DNA from: a virus | Lineage: Duplodnaviria; Heunggongvirae; Uroviricota; Caudoviricetes | Direction: 5' to 3' (one strand) | Length of the DNA stretch: 64,000 nucleotides | IMG/VR virus record: IMGVR_UViG_3300015365_000054 | Part shown: piece after piece, positions 38,242-47,386 of the stretch | Numbering within the stretch: the first letter of the stretch is position 1 | How the letters are laid out: each line of letters opens with the position of its first letter | Notes under the pieces: model-generated | Database searches by the model: none | Seen by the model: the letters and a program-made list of their open reading frames with translations, nothing else | Told to the model about the DNA's origin: nothing | Position numbers and translations under genes: made by a program

Positions 38242-39873
38242 TTATGGTATGGGATATGCGTTATTTGCTCCCGGAAGAGCAGGAACACCACCCGGAACAT
38301 TCACAAGAACAATATTAACATTATTGAAAATTTGAGCAGTGTTAGCACCTAATTGCACAACATTTGTTCCTGTCACTAGATCTGATATTGGGATTGTTAC
38401 TGCGAATGTACGCCATGAATATTGTATTTGATCCGGATAAGGCCAAGCTACTGAATGTGCGTGACCATTCACGATTACATTTATCGTAGTTGGTACTGGA
38501 TTCAATTCCCCGTTGAATGAGAACAATACGCGAGCAGCCGCAGCTTGTCTGTTAGCTGGCATACCCAACACATTCCATGTTGATGTTTGATTAGCAGCGG
38601 AGAATTTGCCCAGATTTATGGAATTATTAACCCCAGCAATATTATTATCTAATGCATCATAACTAAAATCACGATATGTGAACTGACCATCAAACGCAAC
38701 ATTATCCCAAGCAAAAGTGTGGTTTCTCTGTGAAGGACGATCTGTTGGGCCTTTGTCTGCATTATAGTGTACGTCTTCTAACCATATCAATCCTTTCGTT
38801 AGAGTTAGATTTAAATTAGTAATGACCGCAATATGTTTTAATGATGCAAGAGTAGCAGGTACTCCGGCATCTGTTGCATATACATCTATCTGATTCTGTG
38901 AAATTTTCAATTCCACATGATTCATTTGACCAGTAACAGTTGGTTCAGTAACACAATCCAATTGCGTTACCTTTATATTTGTATTAGGAGTAATACCAGG
39001 GAATGTGTCATCTAATACATAATTGCGAGAAACCACAACAGAATCAACAGTCCATCTCAATTTATCACTGTTAGTTAAATTTGGACAAAGACCAAATTGT
39101 CCAATAGGAGCACCCGCCGCAAAACGAACACCAAATCCATTAGCGGGTAATGATTGCCATGAGTCGAAATGATTAAATGGGATGGGTACTGGAAGATCCG
39201 ACATCCAAAATTCTGGCCAGGCTGCATGTGGTCCGCCCGTATCATTCGACACATCAAAACTTACTGTTCCAGTACGTCCAGCAAAATCAAATGGTTGTTT
39301 AGGATACATAGCAAGTGTTGTTACGCTACCAGCCTCAAATGCTCCAGTAAGGTTGTCATTGGTTGCTTCTCTAAGTTGACCATTACAAATAATAACATCA
39401 TTTGGTGGGTTTACTGGTGTCATTACACCATTACAATTTTCTATTATTGCTTGTGCCCATGTATTCCAATTACTTTGACCAAAATTAACTTCACCACCAG
39501 CCCTCGAAACACCCCAAACATTAGCATCTAAATCACCAGATCGACTTACTGTTTTATGTGGCGCATCAAATGTATCACAGAAAATAGCTGGAGTATCATT
39601 TAATAACATGCCACATGGATTATCTGTGGATGCCACTGAACTGGAAGAACTACTTGAACTACTTGATACACTATTAGAACTTGAAGAGCTAGAGCTAGAT
39701 AAACTAGAACTTGAACTAGAACTAGATACAACACTACTGGATGAACTAGAGCTGGATGATAATAGTTGATCACAAGTTGGACAACTGATGTTAAGTGATT
39801 GGTTACAACTATTAAGTCCAGCTGTAGCTGCTAATAGCGTTAATAATAATACAAATACATTGTTCATAATCAC
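38242..39873 (-). CDS. secreted or lipoprotein with a poly-Ser linker and a beta-rich C-terminal domain (paralog A, 543 aa)
   Basis: Signal peptide ending LNSC. A 44-residue run SSSSSSSSSVVSSSSSSSSLSSSSSSSSNSVSSSSSSSSSSVAS. The globular part shares FCDTFDAP, QPFDFAGRTGTxSFDV and WDNVAFDG with paralog B. Confidence 0.6.
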   Translation of the reverse strand: MIMNNVFVLLLTLLAATAGLNSCNQSLNISCPTCDQLLSSSSSSSSSVVSSSSSSSSLSSSSSSSSNSVSSSSSSSSSSVASTDNPCGMLLNDTPAIFCDTFDAPHKTVSRSGDLDANVWGVSRAGGEVNFGQSNWNTWAQAIIENCNGVMTPVNPPNDVIICNGQLREATNDNLTGAFEAGSVTTLAMYPKQPFDFAGRTGTVSFDVSNDTGGPHAAWPEFWMSDLPVPIPFNHFDSWQSLPANGFGVRFAAGAPIGQFGLCPNLTNSDKLRWTVDSVVVSRNYVLDDTFPGITPNTNIKVTQLDCVTEPTVTGQMNHVELKISQNQIDVYATDAGVPATLASLKHIAVITNLNLTLTKGLIWLEDVHYNADKGPTDRPSQRNHTFAWDNVAFDGQFTYRDFSYDALDNNIAGVNNSINLGKFSAANQTSTWNVLGMPANRQAAAARVLFSFNGELNPVPTTINVIVNGHAHSVAWPYPDQIQYSWRTFAVTIPISDLVTGTNVVQLGANTAQIFNNVNIVLVNVPGGVPALPGANNAYPIP

Positions 39874-39877
39874 CCCA

Positions 39878-41794
39878 TTAGTGTGTTAAAATAAGATCAA
39901 TGTTTGCAACAGTTGGGAAGTATCCACCAAATGGCACATTGACAGTTGCGATTTCTAATACATTATCCCCATCAACAAGATCATACACCGGCACATCAAC
40001 AACATGTCCAAAGACACCTTGCATTCCACCATTAGCCTGTCCAAGCTTAGAACCCATGAATACTATACCATTGTTATACATCGCCACTTCCTGCATAGAC
40101 AATGTATATACATGCCATGCTTTACCATTTACTCTGTATTTGAATCCCCAATCAAGTGTTGCTGGAGTCCAGCTACCCCAATAATGTAGATTCAATGTTA
40201 ACTTGGCACTGGATGCTGTAGATGAACCAGTGACATTGTGTATTGTGAGTGGGATGATTGGTTTAGTTGAATCATCTATGAAATAACCCACATCCACACC
40301 ATTCTCTACACCTGTAACGCCGGCATCTGTTCTCGAATCTGGCTTGTAAGAATCATATACTTCAAATTCTTTAGTGTTAGTAATTGCAGGTCCATCAAAT
40401 CCTACGTTATCCCAGCTGGCTACCCAAGCAGCTTGCATGTCTGGTGGGCTTATGACTTGTGTATTCCAATATTTTAATGTTGCATGGTTTCTGCCAATCA
40501 GCTGAACATACCCTCTAGTGAAACCAAGATTAACATTTGCACTTGCAACTAAGCTGAGAGCACCAAAGTGTACTCCATCATCAGAGTAAGGTGTTGCCCA
40601 CAATTCTAATTTAGTTTGTGATAGACGCAATTCAAAGTGGTTTAGGTGATATCGTGAAGCTGTGAAGCAAGGGGCATCACCCCATCCAAAGTCATGATCA
40701 TAATCAACATAGTTTCTAAACTCATGGATCATAGTCACCCACGTATTGCTTGGATTGTCTAAGCAAGATCCAGCCATTTCGACACTGATGCCGTTCTTAG
40801 GTATCAAACCAGTTTCAAAATTACCAGCACCTGGTATATTAGCAAAAGATGGGGATTGTATTGGATCTTCTGTTACTGCTATCGCAACCCATCCCATAAG
40901 TCCCACAGTTGTGGGATCAACATCGAAAGCAATCGTACCTGTGCGCCCAGCAAAATCAAATGGTTGACGGATGCGATATGAGTTTGAACCATAATTTTGT
41001 GCACCCGTTGCAGTCTTTAGGAATCTGCTTTGGATAGCACTGTTGCTATCACATATTCTAGTATCATATGGTGGTAGATTGGTGGCTGGGATATCAAAAC
41101 GACAATCCAACATAGATGCAGCACCAACAATAATGTCTGGGTGACTGAGATCAGGAGCCATACGAGCTAAACTCCAGCGTGTGGAATCCAATTCATAAGA
41201 ACGTCCTGATAATGAAGTTGCTGGTGCATCAAAGGTATCACAGAATGCTGGAGAAGAAAGTCCACATTGCGAACCAGATGATGCGCTACTAGAAGAGCTA
41301 GAGCTACTAGATGATCCTGATCCAGAAGAATTTACACTACAGTTAATTACCACATCAGTAACATCAGCACCACTAATAGTGCCTGAGTTGTTTAAAGCAA
41401 GACAAGTCTCACCACTTGGTTGAATTGCAACATTCACTGCATATGTAGAACCATCTGCTACTAGTGTATTGAATTTAAATGATGTTGCAGTATTAGCTAT
41501 CACTAAACTAGATGTATTCATTCTGAGTACTAATCCAGATACATTCAATCCAGTGATTGAACCCGAAATAGAATAGAAACTAGGTTGGTTTACTGATGAA
41601 CTAGAAGAACTTGATACACTGGAAACGCTAGACGAGCTACTGGAAACGCTTGAGGAACTACTAGACAGTGATGTAGTAGTGAGACATATCATTGTTCCGG
41701 AGGATGAACTGTTACCTGAACAGTTTAATGAGATTACACCATCACACCCAGAAAGGACAAGCAATAATAGTACAAATGAGAATATTTTTGTCAT
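39878..41794 (-). CDS. lipoprotein with two poly-Ser linkers, an Ig/beta-sandwich-like module and a beta-rich domain (paralog B, 638 aa)
   Basis: Lipobox LLLLVLSGC. Ser-rich linkers flank a 90-aa module. Shares AFCDTFDAP, QPFDFAGRTGTIAFDV and WDNVGFDG with paralog A. Confidence 0.6.
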   Translation of the reverse strand: MTKIFSFVLLLLVLSGCDGVISLNCSGNSSSSGTMICLTTTSLSSSSSSVSSSSSSVSSVSSSSSSSVNQPSFYSISGSITGLNVSGLVLRMNTSSLVIANTATSFKFNTLVADGSTYAVNVAIQPSGETCLALNNSGTISGADVTDVVINCSVNSSGSGSSSSSSSSSSASSGSQCGLSSPAFCDTFDAPATSLSGRSYELDSTRWSLARMAPDLSHPDIIVGAASMLDCRFDIPATNLPPYDTRICDSNSAIQSRFLKTATGAQNYGSNSYRIRQPFDFAGRTGTIAFDVDPTTVGLMGWVAIAVTEDPIQSPSFANIPGAGNFETGLIPKNGISVEMAGSCLDNPSNTWVTMIHEFRNYVDYDHDFGWGDAPCFTASRYHLNHFELRLSQTKLELWATPYSDDGVHFGALSLVASANVNLGFTRGYVQLIGRNHATLKYWNTQVISPPDMQAAWVASWDNVGFDGPAITNTKEFEVYDSYKPDSRTDAGVTGVENGVDVGYFIDDSTKPIIPLTIHNVTGSSTASSAKLTLNLHYWGSWTPATLDWGFKYRVNGKAWHVYTLSMQEVAMYNNGIVFMGSKLGQANGGMQGVFGHVVDVPVYDLVDGDNVLEIATVNVPFGGYFPTVANIDLILTH

Positions 41795-41890
41795 ATCAAT
41801 CCACCCAATACAATTGTTTTATTGTATTTAGTAAAATCAGAATGACCAAATCCGCCCTGCATTCCTGCAAGACGGATTTTTATTATTCCC

Positions 41891-42457
41891 TCAGTTGTTC
41901 CAGACTCTGGAAGTTTTTGGGATACTAGCCATTAGGAATTCCATCTGATCCGCAAGTACTTTCCTATTTTGCAGAAGAATCCGTTCATGTACTGTTGGTG
42001 CATATGGAACATAAAGAAGCTCCATTCCAGCATCTTTTAGTAGTCTGTCACCTTTGTAATGATTACATCTTTTACATGCAGTCACACAGTTTACCCACAT
42101 ATTGGATCCACCCTTAGATTTTGGATGAACGTGATCAATTGTTAGGTTACTTGAAGTAAATACTTCCCCACAGTATGCACACATATGTCTATCTCTGGCA
42201 TATAGTGTCCATCTATCTGCGTACTTTGTTTCTCTGCTGTAGAATTTGTCGCCAAGGATTGGTCCGGACACACCTATGATGGCTGACACATTCAGAATGG
42301 ATTGTTCACCATTCTTATTATGACCACCATGGAATGTTCGTACTGTTTGACCAACTTCCCATAGAACCTTTTCTCTTGCGTAGTAGCAGCAAGCGTCTTC
42401 TGTGGAAGCCCAATCTTTTGGAGTACCATTTTTATCAACAACTAATACCTGTACCAT
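41891..42457 (-). CDS. HNH endonuclease (McrA-like)
   Basis: CAYCG...LTIDHVHPKSKGGSNMWVNCVTACKRCNHYKG is an HNH motif with two Zn-binding Cys pairs. Confidence 0.8.
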   Translation of the reverse strand: MVQVLVVDKNGTPKDWASTEDACCYYAREKVLWEVGQTVRTFHGGHNKNGEQSILNVSAIIGVSGPILGDKFYSRETKYADRWTLYARDRHMCAYCGEVFTSSNLTIDHVHPKSKGGSNMWVNCVTACKRCNHYKGDRLLKDAGMELLYVPYAPTVHERILLQNRKVLADQMEFLMASIPKTSRVWNN

Positions 42458-42493
42458 ATTATATCTCTAAAATAACAATTATTTATAACCGAA

Positions 42494-43084
42494 TCATTCA
42501 TCTCCACCAGACAATAAGAACTTATTGCTGATTGTTTTGAAGCTGAAATCTTCGTTCACATTTTTCCAAACCAATCCTTCTCTGACTTTGGCGTTAATTG
42601 ATGCACCATCAGCAAATGCTAATAGATCACCAACAGTGTTACCAATTTCAGCTGGAGTGTAGTGCCCAATCACAGGAACATGTTCAATGCAATCAGTCAA
42701 ACCAAGATTCTTCATAACATTAAAGAGTTGCATTCTATCTGCTGGGGATAAATACGATTGTTTATCGATATCGAAAATATCAAAAACAAACAATTTAACA
42801 TCATCAAATCCTTCCTTGTTTCCTTGAATACCTGGTCCCATAAGTTCACATTGGATGGCGATATTCCCATAAGAATCACCGTGGTTTTTTAATAGGTCAA
42901 GTAATCCGGATAGACGTGCTGCTCGAACAAACGAATTACCAGCATTTTCGTCCGAAATTACAAGATCCATATTCCTAGAACATACCCCAACATCACCATC
43001 ATTGTAGTAGATGGTGCAAGAACTTCTTATATTTTTCTTTTCTGGATTCAACATATGCATGCTCAACTTCTTTACCAAATCCAT
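42494..43084 (-). CDS. hypothetical protein with Rnl2-like nucleotidyltransferase motifs III-V but no motif I
   Basis: IQCELMGPGIQG resembles motif III, EGLVWK motif IV and FKTISNKF motif V of ATP-dependent RNA ligases. No KxDGxN was found. The listed ORF uses a TTG start at 43099, and the first ATG is at 43084. Confidence 0.3.
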   Translation of the reverse strand: MDLVKKLSMHMLNPEKKNIRSSCTIYYNDGDVGVCSRNMDLVISDENAGNSFVRAARLSGLLDLLKNHGDSYGNIAIQCELMGPGIQGNKEGFDDVKLFVFDIFDIDKQSYLSPADRMQLFNVMKNLGLTDCIEHVPVIGHYTPAEIGNTVGDLLAFADGASINAKVREGLVWKNVNEDFSFKTISNKFLLSGGDE

Positions 43085-43913
43085 GGTCACGAGCCACAAT
43101 ATGTTTCTCCCCAGTTAATGGATGCGTCCATATTCCCATATTTTTTATCTGTCCATAATCAGCTGGCGATGTTCCCATGTTATTATGGAAATCTGTAAAT
43201 TTTCGAACCAATGGATGGTTCGATAGATGATTATGTTTAGCCTCAACCTCTTCTGTATTTTCCCAATATCTACCATTATTCATATGGTGTGTTCTATTCA
43301 ACGTATCAACAAAATCTCTATGTGATATTCCTTGTGGATATTCTGGTGTCTTTGTCAATGATTTAAATTGTGATGGTGATACATTAGATACATGACCAAC
43401 ATGACTCCATGTATGTGTGTGCCAATCATGATCCACTAATGGTGGAAATATACCATCATGATTGGTTTCATAGTTACCATTATCCTTATGCTCTAATACC
43501 CTATAACCAGCATTTACAAACGAATCCGCATTCTCTGATGCATTTTGCATCTCACCCAAGCTTCTATCGCCATATTCTTGCTTCTTATGGAATTTATCCA
43601 ATGCGCTTCTAATAGCAACTTTCATTCCGGTTGCCATTGTTGTTGGTGTACCATCCACAGTCACGGGCACACGTTCTCCAATTTTCAGATATGCACGGGA
43701 GCTGCCTTTTGGCATGTTCCCTTCAATACCCGTCTCTTCGCCACGATTTGTTAGTTCACGTATTTTCTTAGCAAGTTTCGTCTGCATTGGCGTAGTTGAG
43801 CGTATCCCAGCTGCGCGTGATGCATATGATGTATCATGTATCACATCCTGTAATTCAGGATGTAAGTTCTCTGTAATTAGGTTGATTATAAAATCTTTGA
43901 AATTTGTGATCAT
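42999..43913 (-). CDS. His-rich hypothetical protein (304 aa)
   Basis: Many His residues (HDWHTHTWSHVGHV, HNHLSNH), suggestive of metal binding. Its 3' end overlaps the downstream ORF by about 86-101 nt in another frame. Confidence 0.4.
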   Translation of the reverse strand: MITNFKDFIINLITENLHPELQDVIHDTSYASRAAGIRSTTPMQTKLAKKIRELTNRGEETGIEGNMPKGSSRAYLKIGERVPVTVDGTPTTMATGMKVAIRSALDKFHKKQEYGDRSLGEMQNASENADSFVNAGYRVLEHKDNGNYETNHDGIFPPLVDHDWHTHTWSHVGHVSNVSPSQFKSLTKTPEYPQGISHRDFVDTLNRTHHMNNGRYWENTEEVEAKHNHLSNHPLVRKFTDFHNNMGTSPADYGQIKNMGIWTHPLTGEKHIVARDHGFGKEVEHAYVESRKEKYKKFLHHLLQ

Positions 43914-43972
43914 GAGACCGTCCTATGTGGGTGATATGGCGTATATGTGTTAGTATATACACCATATTTATA

Positions 43973-44248
43973 TCACATAGACCAATATGTCTCTGATGAT
44001 GGGGAGCAACAGTTTGGGGTATCATATCGTTCTTGATATTCTTCCCCACTCAACAGATTGGTCTTGGTGACATACATTTCATGGATTTCATAGCGATATC
44101 CACCACTACCAAACAGCTCCCGCCAGATATCTTTGATATCTCTCTCAACAGATTCCTTATCCTTCCGGTCATACTCATATTCCCCAAACAGACGCTCACC
44201 TTTCTTTGTACGCTTGTCTGTCTTGAAGATTTTAACTACGAACAACAT
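43973..44248 (-). CDS. hypothetical protein (91 aa)
   Basis: ORF only. Confidence 0.35.
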   Translation of the reverse strand: MLFVVKIFKTDKRTKKGERLFGEYEYDRKDKESVERDIKDIWRELFGSGGYRYEIHEMYVTKTNLLSGEEYQERYDTPNCCSPSSETYWSM

Positions 44249-44258
44249 TTTACACCTC

Positions 44259-44789
44259 TTATGCAGTTACGGTATAAGGACATGACTTGTTGAGAACAGA
44301 ACCAAAACTCGTTCTATACACTACACCCTTCTGGATTCTATTGTGGCGTGTCGTACTAACCACAATTATTCTACCACAAGAAAGTGTATATGTAAACTGT
44401 TTTCCATTAGCATATACAAATTTCAGTTTATGGCATCGTTCACCGGATCCACCCAAGTTTTTGCAAACACGACTCCATCCGGTATTGTGGTTCTTTCCCA
44501 GATATGGGCAAATGAAACACACAATATGTGCAAGTTCGTGTGGGACAGTATCACCGATGATATCATTCCAAGATTCATCAGAAGCCATCATATCCACATT
44601 AATGCGAATATAATACCCATTGTAATCTCGCCCTGCACGTCCAGCACAACGTCCTTTTAAATCGAATCGAATGGCAATATGTGGAAGAGTGATACCATAG
44701 ATAGATTTGACTTTGAGTGTCAGATTCCGGATTTTTTCCTGTACGGATTCACATCTACGGACGAAAGTACTATTTCTATAATGAGACAT
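44259..44789 (-). CDS. SprT-like zinc metalloprotease
   Basis: HELAH zinc motif (TVPHELAHIV) followed by Cys-rich segments (CFICP...C...C). 176 aa. Confidence 0.5.
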   Translation of the reverse strand: MSHYRNSTFVRRCESVQEKIRNLTLKVKSIYGITLPHIAIRFDLKGRCAGRAGRDYNGYYIRINVDMMASDESWNDIIGDTVPHELAHIVCFICPYLGKNHNTGWSRVCKNLGGSGERCHKLKFVYANGKQFTYTLSCGRIIVVSTTRHNRIQKGVVYRTSFGSVLNKSCPYTVTA

Positions 44790-44826
44790 GGTTATGTTCC
44801 AGTTGTAAAAATGCTCTATCTGCTGA

Positions 44827-44866
44827 GTATTATACGGGAATATTACACAAAGTCAACAACTATTTT
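44827..44866. repeat. 40-nt direct repeat, copy 1 (identical to 45167..45206)
   Basis: GTATTATACGGGAATATTACACAAAGTCAACAACTATTTT occurs twice, 340 nt apart. Confidence 0.9.
44829..44856 (-). promoter_or_regulatory. strong sigma70-type promoter (TTGACT-16 nt-TATAAT), copy 1 of a 40-nt repeat
   Basis: Minus sense AAAATAGTTGTTGACTTTGTGTAATATTCCCGTATAATAC, 40 nt upstream of the SprT-like start. Confidence 0.6.
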
Positions 44867-44884
44867 ATCAATAAAAACAATGAT

Positions 44885-45139
44885 TTACGGCTTGAATGTC
44901 TCGTAACTACGAATAGGGCTGCGCTTGTCTGTATATCGGTCAATAAATTCTGGCACAATTCCACGGGATTTTATGGTGGAGATTAATATGGACATATCAC
45001 GATCCTCTTCCAGATATACAGTACCACCTCGTTGGTAACTATAACTGGAAATACGTTCTAATATTCCAAGATCAATCAACACTTTACGCTTCACCGCAGC
45101 CCAACCATGAGCAGGATCATTATAAAAACGAATTTTCAT
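44885..45139 (-). CDS. hypothetical protein (84 aa)
   Basis: ORF directly downstream of promoter copy 2. Confidence 0.4.
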   Translation of the reverse strand: MKIRFYNDPAHGWAAVKRKVLIDLGILERISSYSYQRGGTVYLEEDRDMSILISTIKSRGIVPEFIDRYTDKRSPIRSYETFKP

Positions 45140-45166
45140 GTCAGATGCCTTTTTGTTTGGAATGTG

Positions 45167-45206
45167 TGTATTATACGGGAATATTACACAAAGTCAACAA
45201 CTATTT
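45167..45206. repeat. 40-nt direct repeat, copy 2
   Basis: Identical to 44827..44866. Confidence 0.9.
45169..45196 (-). promoter_or_regulatory. strong sigma70-type promoter, copy 2 of the 40-nt repeat
   Basis: Identical -35, spacer and -10 to copy 1. Lies immediately downstream of the terminator at 45218..45246. Confidence 0.6.
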
Positions 45207-45217
45207 TCAGATTTTAT

Positions 45218-45246
45218 AACAAAAAATCCGGCATTATAGCCGGATT
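45218..45246 (-). terminator. intrinsic terminator (minus strand)
   Basis: Hairpin ATCCGGC-attata-GCCGGAT followed in minus sense by TTTTTTGT. Downstream of the 45260..46138 gene. Confidence 0.65.
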
Positions 45247-45259
45247 TAGTGTATTTTGG

Positions 45260-46138
45260 TTATACCACGAATTTGTAGAGTTTCAGTTTCTGCTTTTCTT
45301 CGTCACTTGCATTAGCAATTGCTTGCTCCTGCTGTGCTGGATGATTGGCATGTAATATCCCATTAGCATCCAAATTTTTTGGATTGTGTAATAATGTTGA
45401 ATGCTTTAATTCATCATTAGGTGTCGATGATACAGCACTGGATACGATAGCTAATCCAACATGCTTTCCTTCTGGTGTTTTGGTATTACCACCGCCAATT
45501 TCATCATCAGCTGCTCTATTATCATGTGCTGGTGTGATGGCTTGATAATCTTGATAATGATATCTTATTTTTCTGCCATCTGGACGATGTATGGTTATAT
45601 GACCAAATCCAGATTCATCATGATGTTCATCTGCTGTGGCATCAGTGGCATCAACCGCAACACCTTGATCCCAATTTCTAAATTTCTTCACTCTACCCAT
45701 AAAATCTTCATGGGTTTTGTATGTTTTATCTTTGGTCTTTTTGGATTTCTTATTTGGTCTACGCAAACCAACAACAACGTATTGATTCATCCCAATGGAT
45801 TCCCCAGTTTCTGGGTTTATGTTTTTGGTATTTTCTGTTGTTTTGATTTTTGTATGGGTGTGTCTCGTTACATTATTGAATATGGCTGATGCATTGTTAT
45901 CTGGATCAGTATGCATGAAAGGACCCGGATTACTCCACACAATACTCTTGCCTCTTTTAGGATCAGTATAATCTGTAGTTTTCTTCGTATATCCATATTG
46001 AATATATGGTCTTCTTCCTGCTTCAACTTCCTTGAAATTTAAATAATTATGTAATGCACCATATTTGTCATTGTGATCATTGGTGTAGTTATCACCACGA
46101 AGCAATAAGTTGCGTCCGTCATCTGTAGTATTAGTCAT
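45260..46138 (-). CDS. hypothetical protein (292 aa, basic and His-rich)
   Basis: ORF only. Confidence 0.45.
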   Translation of the reverse strand: MTNTTDDGRNLLLRGDNYTNDHNDKYGALHNYLNFKEVEAGRRPYIQYGYTKKTTDYTDPKRGKSIVWSNPGPFMHTDPDNNASAIFNNVTRHTHTKIKTTENTKNINPETGESIGMNQYVVVGLRRPNKKSKKTKDKTYKTHEDFMGRVKKFRNWDQGVAVDATDATADEHHDESGFGHITIHRPDGRKIRYHYQDYQAITPAHDNRAADDEIGGGNTKTPEGKHVGLAIVSSAVSSTPNDELKHSTLLHNPKNLDANGILHANHPAQQEQAIANASDEEKQKLKLYKFVV

Positions 46139-46943
46139 TTGAAGAATTCTCCGCAGAATTAGCTTGTTTATTCAATAGTCTTATATTGTGCATTAGTGTG
46201 ATAACGTGATCACTTAGACTGTCTTTATTATGATGCTCTGCTTGTGAGTAATGATCTCTGGCTGCACGGATAATAGATTGCTTTCCTTGTGCCATTTGAG
46301 CCAAACATGTACCACCAATACCACGCTTTGTTCCAGTACCACCACATGATGCAGTTGCTGCTGGGCATGTCACAACATATTTCACACCACCAGATGTTAT
46401 ATGTGGATATCCTTCTGGGCTACCGGATAATCCATATGTTAAATTTTTTCTTCCCGCACTTGGAACATCATTTGCTGTTTCATTTTTAGAATTACCAGCA
46501 GTATGTGTGCTCTGTAGTCCAGCAGCAGTTCTTCTTTGTTTTGCTAGAGACAAACGTGCTTTTTGGTCTTTTGGTGATAAGGAATCGAATTCCATTGCAA
46601 CATTTACCGCATGAGCTGAAATTTCTTTATTTGATAATGGTTTATCACTGACACCATACACATCTTCTAAACGTTTCTGTTTTGCATTACGTATTTTTGT
46701 GTATTTTGGATCCCATCTATCAGCACCATATTCAGTGGATGCTACGTGATCTGCACCATGCGCCTCTCTGATCAGAGATTCATCTGGTTCTGCCAATGTT
46801 ACTAGATGCTTTTCTTTGTTGATTTTTTGATCTCTGGCATCTTGTGCGTCCATATTCATAAATCCTTGTACACCAGCATCATAATCTACTCCTTTAGAAT
46901 GTGTAAACACATCCTCTTTCAGGAACTCAATAAATGTTAGCAT
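46131..46943 (-). CDS. hypothetical protein (270 aa)
   Basis: ORF overlapping the downstream gene by 8 nt. Confidence 0.45.
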   Translation of the reverse strand: MLTFIEFLKEDVFTHSKGVDYDAGVQGFMNMDAQDARDQKINKEKHLVTLAEPDESLIREAHGADHVASTEYGADRWDPKYTKIRNAKQKRLEDVYGVSDKPLSNKEISAHAVNVAMEFDSLSPKDQKARLSLAKQRRTAAGLQSTHTAGNSKNETANDVPSAGRKNLTYGLSGSPEGYPHITSGGVKYVVTCPAATASCGGTGTKRGIGGTCLAQMAQGKQSIIRAARDHYSQAEHHNKDSLSDHVITLMHNIRLLNKQANSAENSSND

Positions 46944-46982
46944 GTAGATATCCTCAAATTATGTTTACTATATTTATATTTA

Positions 46983-47375
46983 TTAGATGATGATATCCAT
47001 TCCCAAAACGGCATCTCTTTTGATGAATTTGAAGAGGGTTTGCTGTGGCGAAAAATACTCACTAACTACAGAAATAACATCAGATGCATGGAATTTCTTA
47101 CATGAGAACACATCCAGATACATGTCTCCGGTATCATTACAGAAATGAGCACAAATATTACTGGTTTCAATCAGCTGAACAAGGGTGTATCCTGCCTTGT
47201 TTCCTGTGCCGAAATTGACAATTTGTGGATCACCATATGCCACCATATCAATTCTTTTCACTAATTCCCTAACAAAGGCATCAATATTATCCTTATCCAT
47301 TATCTTTTCTTTATCACATGCTGCGCAATTCAGCATCAATGAAAATCCCCAATATCCACTCATATTACTCTCCAA
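46983..47375 (-). CDS. speD: S-adenosylmethionine decarboxylase proenzyme (pyruvoyl-dependent, SpeH/SpeD-type)
   Basis: 130 aa. GYTLVQLIETSNICAHF contains the E-S self-cleavage site. Flanking AYGDPQIVNFG and DMYLDVFSCKKF fit bacterial SpeH. Confidence 0.65.
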   Translation of the reverse strand: MESNMSGYWGFSLMLNCAACDKEKIMDKDNIDAFVRELVKRIDMVAYGDPQIVNFGTGNKAGYTLVQLIETSNICAHFCNDTGDMYLDVFSCKKFHASDVISVVSEYFSPQQTLFKFIKRDAVLGMDIII

Positions 47376-47386
47376 TTTATTTTTTG

